From assembly GCA_048939625.1 (NCBI GenBank), contig JBHLPH010000001.1, positions 64,001 to 128,000 on the forward strand: a stretch of DNA of 64,000 nucleotides, in the 5' to 3' direction. Position numbers and translations under genes: made by a program. The notes under the pieces were generated by a model, which was not told the DNA's origin, did not search any database, and worked only from the letters and a program-made list of their open reading frames with translations. This document shows positions 9,178 to 18,757 of the stretch, piece after piece; the stretch's first letter is position 1; the number at the start of each line of letters is the position of its first letter. The stretch comes from Promethearchaeota archaeon (GTDB taxonomy: Archaea > Asgardarchaeota > Hermodarchaeia > Hermodarchaeales > Hermodarchaeaceae).

Positions 9178-10461
9178 TTGCGAGCAGCGATGGAACAACT
9201 CATCGGCGCCCGACAAGCGAAAACCGTCTTCTATTTCCTTGCCCTCATATCGGGCGTATTGTATGCGTTCTCCGTCTTCTTCGACGTCTTTATTTACCGA
9301 GTTTTTTTCCACCCTTTCCTTCCCAGTATTTATGCATCTGTAACATTTGCTCTTTCAGAACAGTGGCTTGCGTTATTGTTTACCGTTATTTTACTCCTCA
9401 TTCTTAGTATTCCCACTAATCGTGCCAGACGTCGAAGCGTGGGCACCATAATTGATCGGTCCTTTGCCCACATTACCTTCCCGTCTCGGAAGATTATTCG
9501 CGACATTATCCTGGCGGGACTATTTTCTGGCATCGCCACTTTCGCCTATTACTATGTTGCAGGTCAAAGTTCGGATGTCTCAGCAGTGATTCCCTTCTCA
9601 CGATTATCGCTAATCTACCTCATGATTGGTGACTTAATCCTGATTCGGGATTGGCCTAGCTCCATTGAAGCTCTCTCAATCCTTGCCATCACTTTTGGAG
9701 TCATCTTGGTCGGGATTACCCCAGTAGGAATTTTTAATCCCTATTTGTTGTTGTTCGTGATAACGGTATGGGCAGGTGGAATTGCGTTCAGTATATTCTT
9801 TCAAAGTCGGGCGAAACGTGCGGAAATTCGACCGAACACAACCACAGACTCGCTAAATTTACGGTTATGGATCCTACTGTTTCTAAACACCATCATGACA
9901 GTATTCATGATTCCCTTCATAACACCAGATGTTATCACATTACTCATTGTCCTTCTACCATTAATTTGGGGCTGGTTATTATTACCAGTCTCTCTAACGT
10001 TTTTTTCACTCGTTGCATACCTACAAGCGTTAGGAAGAGGAAAAATGTCAGTCGTCCAAAGCATTGGATCGATAGCTATAATCTTGGGTATCCCATTAAC
10101 AATGGTTGGCGCTTTTCTGTTGCCAGGAATATTCAATCCCCCAGCGACCGATTTCTTGTCTTGGATGCTCAAACTCACCGGCACAATTTTTGTTGTAGCT
10201 GGAATCATCGCTTTATCAAGCGCCACTCTACGCGGATATGTGTTTGTGAAACTAAGACCTGGCACAGGCGACATCATGGATGCTTTACGGCATATTCACG
10301 GAGTTCGCCGCGTCTCAGCAGTATCAGGTCCTTGGGACTACCTAATTAGGATTGAAATACGTACGTTAAGCAGCACCCGAGTGAAGACACTCCGAAAAAT
10401 CGAAGAAGTAAAAGGCGTCGCGGATATGGAGACCTCGCTCATCCTAAAAGAATGGGAATAA
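9178..10461 (+). CDS. EamA/DMT-family transporter fused to a C-terminal Lrp/AsnC RAM domain
   Basis: About 10 TM helices in two EamA-like halves; C-terminal GYVFVKL...VSGPWDYLIRIE...GVADMETSLILKEW. Confidence 0.8.
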   Translation: MRAAMEQLIGARQAKTVFYFLALISGVLYAFSVFFDVFIYRVFFHPFLPSIYASVTFALSEQWLALLFTVILLLILSIPTNRARRRSVGTIIDRSFAHITFPSRKIIRDIILAGLFSGIATFAYYYVAGQSSDVSAVIPFSRLSLIYLMIGDLILIRDWPSSIEALSILAITFGVILVGITPVGIFNPYLLLFVITVWAGGIAFSIFFQSRAKRAEIRPNTTTDSLNLRLWILLFLNTIMTVFMIPFITPDVITLLIVLLPLIWGWLLLPVSLTFFSLVAYLQALGRGKMSVVQSIGSIAIILGIPLTMVGAFLLPGIFNPPATDFLSWMLKLTGTIFVVAGIIALSSATLRGYVFVKLRPGTGDIMDALRHIHGVRRVSAVSGPWDYLIRIEIRTLSSTRVKTLRKIEEVKGVADMETSLILKEWE

Positions 10462-10535
10462 TCACAATTTGGTTCAAATTAGTTTTCGATTAGCCTCCGT
10501 AAGCTATATAAAAAAACTAAATTCCGCGCACCCCC

Positions 10536-11492
10536 GTGATAACCATGGAACCAAACACCCTATTACCCTTGGAAGGGCTGAGCGAAGGATATGGTCTTCG
10601 AGATGAAGCCTTGGATCAAATGCTCATGACTACAGGTTATCGAGAGGTTACCCTACAGTACAGGGCAGCCATCAAACGTGTTCAAGATGCATTTTGTAAC
10701 GATATGCGACTGCGCATTATCTCTATGCCCTCAGAGGATGAAGAACCCCCCCTCTGGCCTCATATGGCTTGGATGCCATTATGGTCCAACCGAGATACCT
10801 GTGTTCTGGTCGCAGACCCATTACAACCCCAAAGCCGCCACAATATCGAATACCTCATTCCATTAGGATATGCTCAGCATTTTGCCCACACAGAAGAAGA
10901 TTACCCCTATTACATGCCTATCAACACACCAGAAATGGTGCTCCCCCCATATCTCGAATGCCATCCTATACGCCTTTCGCCAATATCCATTCTTAACCCT
11001 CGAATCCCTCATGATCCCACTGATAGTGATCCCACGATTTATTCTTTAACTCTTGAAGTAATTTTGCGCCTAAGGGCGTATCTTGCCGATCAACTCCTCA
11101 TTGAAAGGGGATACACTAATGGTGTGTCATATCAGCACACAACCCTACTCTATGAGCTGCCACTCCCAGCTTACCTCGAGGCCGCAGAAGAACCCTGGGC
11201 GCTTTCTTTTCTCCTAATCGATACTGCAAGAGCGATAATCACCTTGGGCCAGACTAATTATCTTACATGGGGGGGACTTAACAACCTCATCGAGTATGTA
11301 CGAAACCGATTACAAGAGTTTGACCGCCTAGTTGGAATCGTGAGCCCACATCCAAGGTTCCTGAACCAATTTGATCAAATTCACCAATATTTCGCTAATA
11401 TCCACCAAACGTTACTTCGAGCTCCTTCAGAAACAAACGAATTCATCTACGAACTATCTCTGAAAGCCGGAATTATCCAAGAAGAAGACTAG
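10536..11492 (+). CDS. Hypothetical protein
   Basis: 318-aa ORF after a TATA-like element; no confident family. Confidence 0.65.
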   Translation: MITMEPNTLLPLEGLSEGYGLRDEALDQMLMTTGYREVTLQYRAAIKRVQDAFCNDMRLRIISMPSEDEEPPLWPHMAWMPLWSNRDTCVLVADPLQPQSRHNIEYLIPLGYAQHFAHTEEDYPYYMPINTPEMVLPPYLECHPIRLSPISILNPRIPHDPTDSDPTIYSLTLEVILRLRAYLADQLLIERGYTNGVSYQHTTLLYELPLPAYLEAAEEPWALSFLLIDTARAIITLGQTNYLTWGGLNNLIEYVRNRLQEFDRLVGIVSPHPRFLNQFDQIHQYFANIHQTLLRAPSETNEFIYELSLKAGIIQEED

Positions 11493-11679
11493 CCAACATA
11501 AATCGTAGGTCACAAATCCCTAATTGAAACCAAAGCCGAGTCGCCTCTGATTTAGTGTGAACGCTAACTATTTTGATCTAATATTGGACAGCCAGCAATC
11601 CATCAAGATATTTGGAGTTTAAATGCTTAAAAGAGTAAACGAATTACTGATACCCCACCATCCCCTGGTGAGAAACCCT

Positions 11680-12369
11680 ATGCAGTTTCCCTCTCCGGAT
11701 CCTCTTTGGATAATTGAAATCTTTAAGGTCACTGTTCTGTTTTTACTCGCAGCACTATTATTTTGGAAATGGGGGAAGGCAGAACGTCGATTCTATACTG
11801 ATTTTCCTTTCTTAATCGCGTTAGCAATTTCGTTCATCGCTTTTGGTGAATGCATGGAGATAATTGTTCATTCAGGTCTCGCTGTTTTTACCCTTGAACT
11901 CTTCAAACTTCGTGCATCAATTACCGGTGTCTCAATGCTCATGATTCTGTTCATTATCATACGCATTTGGCTTGCTGAGAATATGCGCATTGGTTGGATC
12001 TTAATGGCCATCTTTGCAATTACCTTCTTCACAGCAATTGCACTTGCCCCAACAATGGAGTTAGCACAATTGTTTGCCATTGCGTTCCTACCAATTATCA
12101 TGATTGTGTTCATCATCACCTTTCTTTGGGCATGGCGGCTTCGTCGGCTCCCTGATGTCCACAGCCTGGTCCTAGTCTTGGGAGTCATTATCCTTATGAC
12201 CGCACAGGTGATTAAAGCAGTTCTTCAAGTAATTGGTCTCGTTTACCTAGTTTGGGTTACTGAACTTGTTGACCTTCTTGGATATACCATTTTGGCAACT
12301 AGTTTCCTTGTCAAACCAGGATGGGCGAAACAAAGCCAAGTTGCTTCAACTTCACCCACACCAACCTAA
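11680..12369 (+). CDS. Stand-alone 7-TM membrane protein
   Basis: Seven hydrophobic helices with short loops; GGTGA SD before MQFPS. Confidence 0.75.
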   Translation: MQFPSPDPLWIIEIFKVTVLFLLAALLFWKWGKAERRFYTDFPFLIALAISFIAFGECMEIIVHSGLAVFTLELFKLRASITGVSMLMILFIIIRIWLAENMRIGWILMAIFAITFFTAIALAPTMELAQLFAIAFLPIIMIVFIITFLWAWRLRRLPDVHSLVLVLGVIILMTAQVIKAVLQVIGLVYLVWVTELVDLLGYTILATSFLVKPGWAKQSQVASTSPTPT

Positions 12370-12427
12370 CCGAAGAGTCTCCAATTTCGAATTCGCTAGC
12401 CAAATTGAAGAGCCAACAAAAGCTACG

Positions 12428-14005
12428 CTAGGCAATTAGCTGTGTCACTGTGGGTAGCAGGTTAGTAGTTACTTCTTCAAATTTTATAATTCGCCGAATC
12501 TTGGTTTGCCCAGCTATTGAAACGCCGTTCTGCAAACAATGCTGTTGATATTGATCGAAGCTTCCTGGAGCTAAAACATGGATTGAAGGGAGCTGTAAGG
12601 TTCCTGCGTGTCGCACATGTTGGTATAAGTTATTTGTGTTTTGTAGAGCGTCATCAAATTCTTGAGTGAATTTTTTAAGATCCTCTGGCCGATTGGAAAG
12701 TTCGGCAAAAATGTGATAGGAGGCTCCTGATGCATTGATTTCTGGTGCAACAACGTATTCTCGGAGTTGAATTCCATGGTCGTCACACGTGGCGGTTAGT
12801 GCGGAACTGACATCCCATTCTGTAACTTTCTCTCCGCTAAGGTTCATCACATTCTCGCTTTTTCCAAGACATTTGAAGGTTAAAGGATTCAGTGAAGTGA
12901 ATTGAACAAGATCATGAACATCATACCTCCAGAGACTGGTGGGTGAGCTAATGACGATACGATAGGGCGTATTGATTTTCACATCACTTAGTGGAATTGT
13001 TTCAACATCTGCTGCTAGTGGTCCATCTTGAACTGGAGCAAATTCGAAGAAATTATCATCCACAAATGGTGCCACACCATCGGAATCTTGGAAGACTTGT
13101 AGACCATACATGGCTTCTGTACCCGAATAGGAATCATGAATGTGGACATCACCAACTAGATCATGAATAGTTGCAGTATAAAGATCACGGGTAACTCCTG
13201 CACTGACAATTACGGATAACTCAGGCCAGATAGTCCGTAAATCAAGACTGCCATCATCATTAACAGCTTTATCTAGAACTCTCTGTGTGTTTTTTGAGAG
13301 GGTTGGTTCATCCTTTAACCAGCCATAGGATTCATACTTCGTTCGACGGAGAACCGCTAGGACAAAGGAGGTTATGCCTGCTGCCCCCGTGAGATTGCGG
13401 GTTTCAACTCCTTGTTGGATAGAAACACGGAACTTTTGATCCCAATCCTGTAAATCAAACACTTCTCCCTTGGGTACGATTTTTCGAGAAAGCAATGGGT
13501 TTCCGTTTTTTGCTAAATGTCCTGAAACAAAGCCCACATCCCACTTACCTATACGCTTATAGACGGACGGGGCGGCCATCACTAGAAGTTTTCCATGGAA
13601 AAACGGCCTTAGATAATCAGCAAATGCGAAAACCCGCATTCGTAACTTCGCACAGGACTTATTGCACGTATGTGTATAAGGGATAAGCTTTGGTTCACCT
13701 GTTGTGCCACTGGTAGCCATGACATTTTCAATGGGTTCGGGATATAGCACATTTGAATTCCCTTCTAGTTCACGTAGAATCAGAGGTTCAAAATCAGCAT
13801 ATTGATTAACTGGAATCCGTTGCACCAAGTCCTCAAAACCACGAATATCACTGAATCTATGTTTTTTTCCATAATGCGTATTTGCCGCATAGTTCAGTAA
13901 ACGCTTAAGTGAGTCTTCTTGGGCAGCTATAGGATCCTCCAGTGTTTTTAGAAAAGGTTTCACACTTATTCGATGAAGCAATTTTGAGGCTAGTTTCCAA
14001 ATCAT
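12428..14005 (-). CDS. GH3-family acyl-acid amido synthetase
   Basis: ATSGTTGEPKLIP, YSGTEA, LWRYDVHD, GEKV and C-terminal GQTKIRR motifs. Confidence 0.9.
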   Translation of the reverse strand: MIWKLASKLLHRISVKPFLKTLEDPIAAQEDSLKRLLNYAANTHYGKKHRFSDIRGFEDLVQRIPVNQYADFEPLILRELEGNSNVLYPEPIENVMATSGTTGEPKLIPYTHTCNKSCAKLRMRVFAFADYLRPFFHGKLLVMAAPSVYKRIGKWDVGFVSGHLAKNGNPLLSRKIVPKGEVFDLQDWDQKFRVSIQQGVETRNLTGAAGITSFVLAVLRRTKYESYGWLKDEPTLSKNTQRVLDKAVNDDGSLDLRTIWPELSVIVSAGVTRDLYTATIHDLVGDVHIHDSYSGTEAMYGLQVFQDSDGVAPFVDDNFFEFAPVQDGPLAADVETIPLSDVKINTPYRIVISSPTSLWRYDVHDLVQFTSLNPLTFKCLGKSENVMNLSGEKVTEWDVSSALTATCDDHGIQLREYVVAPEINASGASYHIFAELSNRPEDLKKFTQEFDDALQNTNNLYQHVRHAGTLQLPSIHVLAPGSFDQYQQHCLQNGVSIAGQTKIRRIIKFEEVTTNLLPTVTQLIA

Positions 14006-14272
14006 TTAGTTCACTTCTTAGTAATTATAAGAAGCGAGAAATGCGAATCCATAGAGCCGCCCAAAATGCGTTGGATTCCATACTCTATCAGAGCTAGTGA
14101 AATCAACCTTTGCTTTTGGATTTTATAATTGGAGTCCGCATGTTCTCGCTCCAGCAAGCTTGTTTGCGTGATTTCACCATTTTTTAAGCGCTATGGGGAC
14201 TAGCTCCACAACTGAATGACTTTTCTAACCTTCTGAGTGCGCTCCCTAGAGCTAGAAGACGTCGCTTTCCTG

Positions 14273-14398
14273 CTATGAAATCCAGCAGAACATAATTCGA
14301 AATAGCCTGAAGGTTTCAAAATCCGTCTTGTTGATAGATTTTTTTGGTACATCGAATATTGCTTGAATAATTTTCTCCAATCTGCATTGGAATTTCAT
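14273..14398 (-). CDS. Possible small protein (41 aa)
   Basis: AGGTGA SD upstream of ATG; MKFQCRLEKIIQAIFDVPKKSINKTDFETFRLFRIMFCWIS; below the ORF-track cutoff. Confidence 0.3.
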   Translation of the reverse strand: MKFQCRLEKIIQAIFDVPKKSINKTDFETFRLFRIMFCWIS

Positions 14399-14632
14399 TT
14401 CGTTTCACCTGAATACGGAAACAAAGATTAAATGCCATAGTAAGGGGTTTCACGGCGTAAGAATAGTATCGGGAAAAATGGTTTTTGGCATAACGCTTTT
14501 AAACTAATCAAATTCCGCGCGGTTCCAGACACAACTTACCTACAAGCGAAAAATGAAGGTGCGGAACAACATGGACCCACGCTCAGATGGACCAATCTGG
14601 CCTTGTTAAGGACCATTAACTTCAATGATTCT

Positions 14633-14678
14633 TGGGATGCGCAGCCTATTGTTGCTGCCATCCCAGCTTCTTTTTCTT
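14633..14678 (+). terminator. Hairpin followed by T-tract
   Basis: TGGGATG(C)GCAGC-CTATTGTT-GCTGC-CATCCCA, then GCTTCTTTTTCTT. Confidence 0.55.
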
Positions 14679-15562
14679 TAACCCTTTAGCTCCTGGAGAA
14701 TGTAGGAGATAATTTCGTCAGCAGCGTCGACGCCCGTCGCTTTTTGTAATCCACTCCAGTTGGGAGCCGCGTTGACTTCACTAACGACTAACTGATCGTT
14801 ATCCTCAAGGATATCAATACCTGCAAAATCCATTTCCAAGGCGTCTGCAGCCTTTAAGGCGAGTTTTTCAAGTTCAGAGGAAAGTGGACATGCCTGAGGT
14901 TTGCCACCCCGTGACACATTGGTTTTCCACTCACCGGGCTTCGCATACCGGTACATGGCACCAATGACCCGTTTTCCAACAATAAAAACCCGAATATCTC
15001 GACCGGGAGTTTCAATGAATTCTTGAATAAGCATAGTTTGGTTTTCGGTTTGTAGAATCTTGAAAATGCGGAATGCCAAATCAGGATCCTGTAATCGGAA
15101 AATGCCTTGCCCCTGAGAACCCCGCAGGGGTTTAGACACGATGTCTTCATATCGTCTGGTTGCTGCGACCGCGACAGCTAGTCGTTCTGTAACGGTTGTT
15201 CGAGGAATCGGAATACCATTATGTGCCAGCCAGACTAGTGTGGCGAGTTTATCTTTTGCACGTCGATGACTATAAGCTCGGTTAAAAACACGGATGCCGG
15301 AGAATTCCAATGCCTCAAGTACTGAAATCCGGCTAGTAATTTGATCTGTTGAACCTCCACCAATGCTTCGAAGAATAATTCCTGACACGTCTAGCGGTCG
15401 TCGACGTGGAAGCAGAAATTGGGATTTCCCAGAATCCATGTGCACTGAGAGATTCTTCAAACAGAAGGTCAGACTTTCACAAGACTGGGCAGCTAGGGCA
15501 CGAATTAGTCGTCGAACGGGCCAGTTGGGGCGGTCACGACTCATAGCGATTCCAATTCGCAT
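14678..15562 (-). CDS. RimK-family ATP-grasp alpha-L-glutamate ligase (MptN/CofF-like)
   Basis: KPLRGSQGQG, IQEFI, RDIRVFIVG, WKTNVSRGG, GIDIL, EVNAAP motifs; start at MRIGI. Confidence 0.9.
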   Translation of the reverse strand: MRIGIAMSRDRPNWPVRRLIRALAAQSCESLTFCLKNLSVHMDSGKSQFLLPRRRPLDVSGIILRSIGGGSTDQITSRISVLEALEFSGIRVFNRAYSHRRAKDKLATLVWLAHNGIPIPRTTVTERLAVAVAATRRYEDIVSKPLRGSQGQGIFRLQDPDLAFRIFKILQTENQTMLIQEFIETPGRDIRVFIVGKRVIGAMYRYAKPGEWKTNVSRGGKPQACPLSSELEKLALKAADALEMDFAGIDILEDNDQLVVSEVNAAPNWSGLQKATGVDAADEIISYILQELKG

Positions 15563-15645
15563 TATAGGCACACTCAAACCACAATTGGGTATAGAGTATG
15601 CGTTTCCCCTCATGGAATATAAAAGACGCTAGACTGAAGAATGCC

Positions 15646-16713
15646 CTAGATGGGACGTGTGCTGCGAATAAAATGTTCAAATATCGTTTCACTTAGTGAG
15701 AGCGGATAAGGATGAGGTGGCGCTTTAAATCCATAGGAACACACTGCGTCAATGGGTCCTGTAAATCCCCGATCGATACCAATCTGAACTCCCCGAATTA
15801 TATCTAGAAGAATCGAGGTGCTGTTTGGAGCGTCTTCACTAATTAAGCGAAGATCAATTTTGAAATCAGCATTTCCAATGTATTGACCGCGAAGATAGAA
15901 GTAGCTTTCACGACGGTTACCTAGGAAGTACACATAGTCGGTTGATCCTGCCGTAATGGGAACCTCATAAGGCACTTCCTTGGAGACAATATTGGTTTTC
16001 ATCGAGCGTTTCTGGTCCCTGGCCCGGGTCAAGGATTCGAGGGATTCGGTGGCTCCCCCCACATCAAGTTGATAGCTTTCCTTGATATGTACACCACGTT
16101 TAACCAAAAAATCAAGAAGAGCACGGTGAAGAGCTGTAGCTCCTACTTGACTCATTAAATCGTCTCCGACAATCGAGAGTGTTTCTTCATGAAATCGTTG
16201 AGCCCATTTCCGGTCGCTAGCCAACATGACGGGAGAGGTGTTGATATAGGCACACTTCGCCTGTAACGCAGCGCCTGCATAATGGTATGTAGCTTCACTA
16301 GCCCCACTAGGAAGGAGTCCAACCAACATGTGTGTACCACTTTCTTTTAGCACACCTGGAATATCTACTGGTTTCGCCGTACTTTCTTTGACAAGTTCAC
16401 TAAGTTCCGGAGTAATTCCATCAAGCGTGGGTCCACGTTGAACTACAACGTTCTTGGTTTGAACTTCTGTGAATTTCGGGGCATTGTTCGGATGAGCGAA
16501 AATCGCTTCACTGAGATCCTTTCCAACTTTATCTTGGTGGACATCAAACGCCGCGACGATTTCGATATCACTTACAGCATAATTCCCGATCATGGGATGG
16601 GCAAGTCCAGCACTTTCCGTTGCTTTTGTGGGATTTCCGTAATGATAGATGGCTTGAACCAGGCTACTGGCACAGTTGCCAATGCCAGCAAGAGCAATCT
16701 TGATTTTTCCCAT
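15646..16713 (-). CDS. ino1: Inositol-3-phosphate synthase family protein (divergent)
   Basis: GIGNCASSLVQ, AAFDV..KVGKDL, GDDxxSQVGAT, DAPNS, FKAPP. Confidence 0.8.
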   Translation of the reverse strand: MGKIKIALAGIGNCASSLVQAIYHYGNPTKATESAGLAHPMIGNYAVSDIEIVAAFDVHQDKVGKDLSEAIFAHPNNAPKFTEVQTKNVVVQRGPTLDGITPELSELVKESTAKPVDIPGVLKESGTHMLVGLLPSGASEATYHYAGAALQAKCAYINTSPVMLASDRKWAQRFHEETLSIVGDDLMSQVGATALHRALLDFLVKRGVHIKESYQLDVGGATESLESLTRARDQKRSMKTNIVSKEVPYEVPITAGSTDYVYFLGNRRESYFYLRGQYIGNADFKIDLRLISEDAPNSTSILLDIIRGVQIGIDRGFTGPIDAVCSYGFKAPPHPYPLSLSETIFEHFIRSTRPI

Positions 16714-16843
16714 CGTAAACGACCTCGTAATTATTTTACAGTCATTAAGTATTTAGGTGTTAGGTGGCGTTCTGCCATAAATGAATTTAAGCATTTCTCT
16801 TACTAAATCAATAGAATCCCAATTCCTACCTGAGCGTGGTAAT

Positions 16844-17275
16844 ATGCAGAACAAAATCGTTCCCTGTGTAGGTGCCGTGATTCTTGATGAAAAAAATCGA
16901 GTTCTATTAGTGAAGCATGTACTCGAAAAAGGTGGCTTTTGGCAGGGCAAATATATTTGTCCCGGTGGTCGTCTCGAATTTGGTGAATCGCTCGAAGTTG
17001 GTGTGCAACGCGAGGTCCGTGAGGAAACTGGGTTAGAGATTAAAATATTACAGTGGGTGCGACCCATGGAACGGCTTATCTTTGGTGCTGCAGGGACTCT
17101 TGAGGAACATATCTTGTATCTGGACGTTGTTGCTCGGGTTCAACATGGTCAATTTAAACCTGCATCAGATGTTGGAGAAGGCGATTGGTTTTCCAAAACT
17201 CAACTTCCACTCATGCTGACAGAAATCCATGAAGATACCCAAAAGCTCCTAAAAGAAGCTGGATTCCTCAAATAA
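16844..17275 (+). CDS. NUDIX hydrolase
   Basis: Intact Nudix box GGRLEFGESLEVGVQREVREETG. Confidence 0.9.
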   Translation: MQNKIVPCVGAVILDEKNRVLLVKHVLEKGGFWQGKYICPGGRLEFGESLEVGVQREVREETGLEIKILQWVRPMERLIFGAAGTLEEHILYLDVVARVQHGQFKPASDVGEGDWFSKTQLPLMLTEIHEDTQKLLKEAGFLK

Positions 17276-17288
17276 GAAGGAAAACCGT

Positions 17289-17837
17289 CTACTTCAGATA
17301 CTTCTGGAGATGATCTTTGATTTCGGAAGGATGTTCCAAGATTATCATCCCTTCCATAGCTCGAAGCTTTTCGACATTCTCTAAATCGAGTTTCCGTGTC
17401 GTTAAATCTAACTTTTTTCCACTGGGTAGCACAGTGGTTACAGTGCCCGGTTTTTGGTCAACAGGGTAAATATAAATTGGCACACCTGTCTTCATGGCTT
17501 GAGCAACCGCGTTGGTCACAAGGGTGTCAGCGATGCCATAAGCAAGTTTTGCTACTGTATTAGCCGTTGCGGGCATCACAGCGATGAACTGATGCGTGCG
17601 CTTTTGGAGCGCCCCTACAATGAAAGGGGTGTTTGCATCAACTTCGGTGCGTATCTGCGAAGAAATTGATTCTAGGTCAGGGAGCAGTTTGTACCATTTG
17701 ATGACTTGCATTCCAGCCTTAGTTAAGAAGACGAGAATCTGCGCCTTGTACTGAGATACGATTTCTTGCATAACTTCAACCGATTCGCGTATGTAATCGC
17801 CTGCACCAGTAATCGCCCAAGCAAACTTCAACTGCAT
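17289..17837 (-). CDS. afpA: Archaeoflavoprotein AfpA (HFCD flavoprotein, dihydromethanopterin reductase-like)
   Basis: AWAITGAGD, PATANTVAKLAYGIADTLVTNAVAQ, PVDQ motifs. Confidence 0.85.
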   Translation of the reverse strand: MQLKFAWAITGAGDYIRESVEVMQEIVSQYKAQILVFLTKAGMQVIKWYKLLPDLESISSQIRTEVDANTPFIVGALQKRTHQFIAVMPATANTVAKLAYGIADTLVTNAVAQAMKTGVPIYIYPVDQKPGTVTTVLPSGKKLDLTTRKLDLENVEKLRAMEGMIILEHPSEIKDHLQKYLK

Positions 17838-17979
17838 CCATCATCACTCCGAAATAGATTGTATGATAGTGCTTCCCGCTTTTTTGTGTTATTTCTTTTC
17901 CTAGTCCTGTGCGTGTATGCTTCTTGATAATTGATAAGGTATATACAACGGAACCCCATTCAATGTAATGGTGACCCTG

Positions 17980-18588
17980 ATGAGTGGAAAACCCTATCGT
18001 ATCCTAGGAATTTCGGGAAGTCCACGAAAGGCTGCTACGGATTTTGTCGTACAAGAAGCCCTCAAATATTTGGAAGCCAAAGGTTCAGTGGAAACCAAAT
18101 ATTTCTCAGTCATGGACAAAAAATTGAATTTCTGCATACATTGTGATCACTGCATCCGAAAAAAGCAGGGATGCATTTTCAAAGATGATATGGAAGAAGT
18201 TTATCAACTCCTTGAATGGGCAGATGCTTTTGTCTTTGCGAGCCCCGTCTATCAGGGAAACATCAGTGGCCAATTGAAAACGCTCTTCGATCGTACTCGA
18301 GCCTTATTAGTTCAAAAGCCCCAAGTCTTTGAAGGCAAAGTTGGTGTTGGAATCGCTGTTGGCGGAGATCGCGTTGGAGGGCAAGAACCGACCTTACGGA
18401 CCATCCATGATTTCTATATCATTAACCATATTTTTTCAACGGGCGGAGGAGCCTTTGGAGCCAACCTTGGAGCTACAATTTGGTCAAAAGACAAACGGGC
18501 GGAAGGAGCTGCAGCTGACAAGCGAGGGCTTAAGACCCTATATAAAACGATGGACCGTCTGTTTGTTGTATTAGAAAAGCTCTGTTAA
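17980..18588 (+). CDS. Iron-sulfur flavoprotein (Isf / flavodoxin-like)
   Basis: GISGSPR, CIHCDHC..C cluster, DDM, SPVY, GGDRVGGQE. Confidence 0.9.
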   Translation: MSGKPYRILGISGSPRKAATDFVVQEALKYLEAKGSVETKYFSVMDKKLNFCIHCDHCIRKKQGCIFKDDMEEVYQLLEWADAFVFASPVYQGNISGQLKTLFDRTRALLVQKPQVFEGKVGVGIAVGGDRVGGQEPTLRTIHDFYIINHIFSTGGGAFGANLGATIWSKDKRAEGAAADKRGLKTLYKTMDRLFVVLEKLC

Positions 18589-18757
18589 ACTGCCTACGAT
18601 TTCTTTTGTGTATGAGTGCTAGTTAGAAAAAAGACCAAAAGAGCAACCAATGCTGCAAGGATTTCCATTAAATTCCGGGCTGCAAGACCACAGGACTAAT
18701 CCTTTCTACTGAAATAGTGCTTCATGATTGACTAAAATCAACAACGTCCGAGTCTTC

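Noticed and set aside
11680-12369. Microbial rhodopsin
   Set aside because: TM7 has D-L-L-G-Y with no retinal-binding Lys.
18594-18668. 24-aa hydrophobic ORF MEILAALVALLVFFLTSTHTQKKS (minus)
   Set aside because: No SD and too short to support; may be a remnant or chance.
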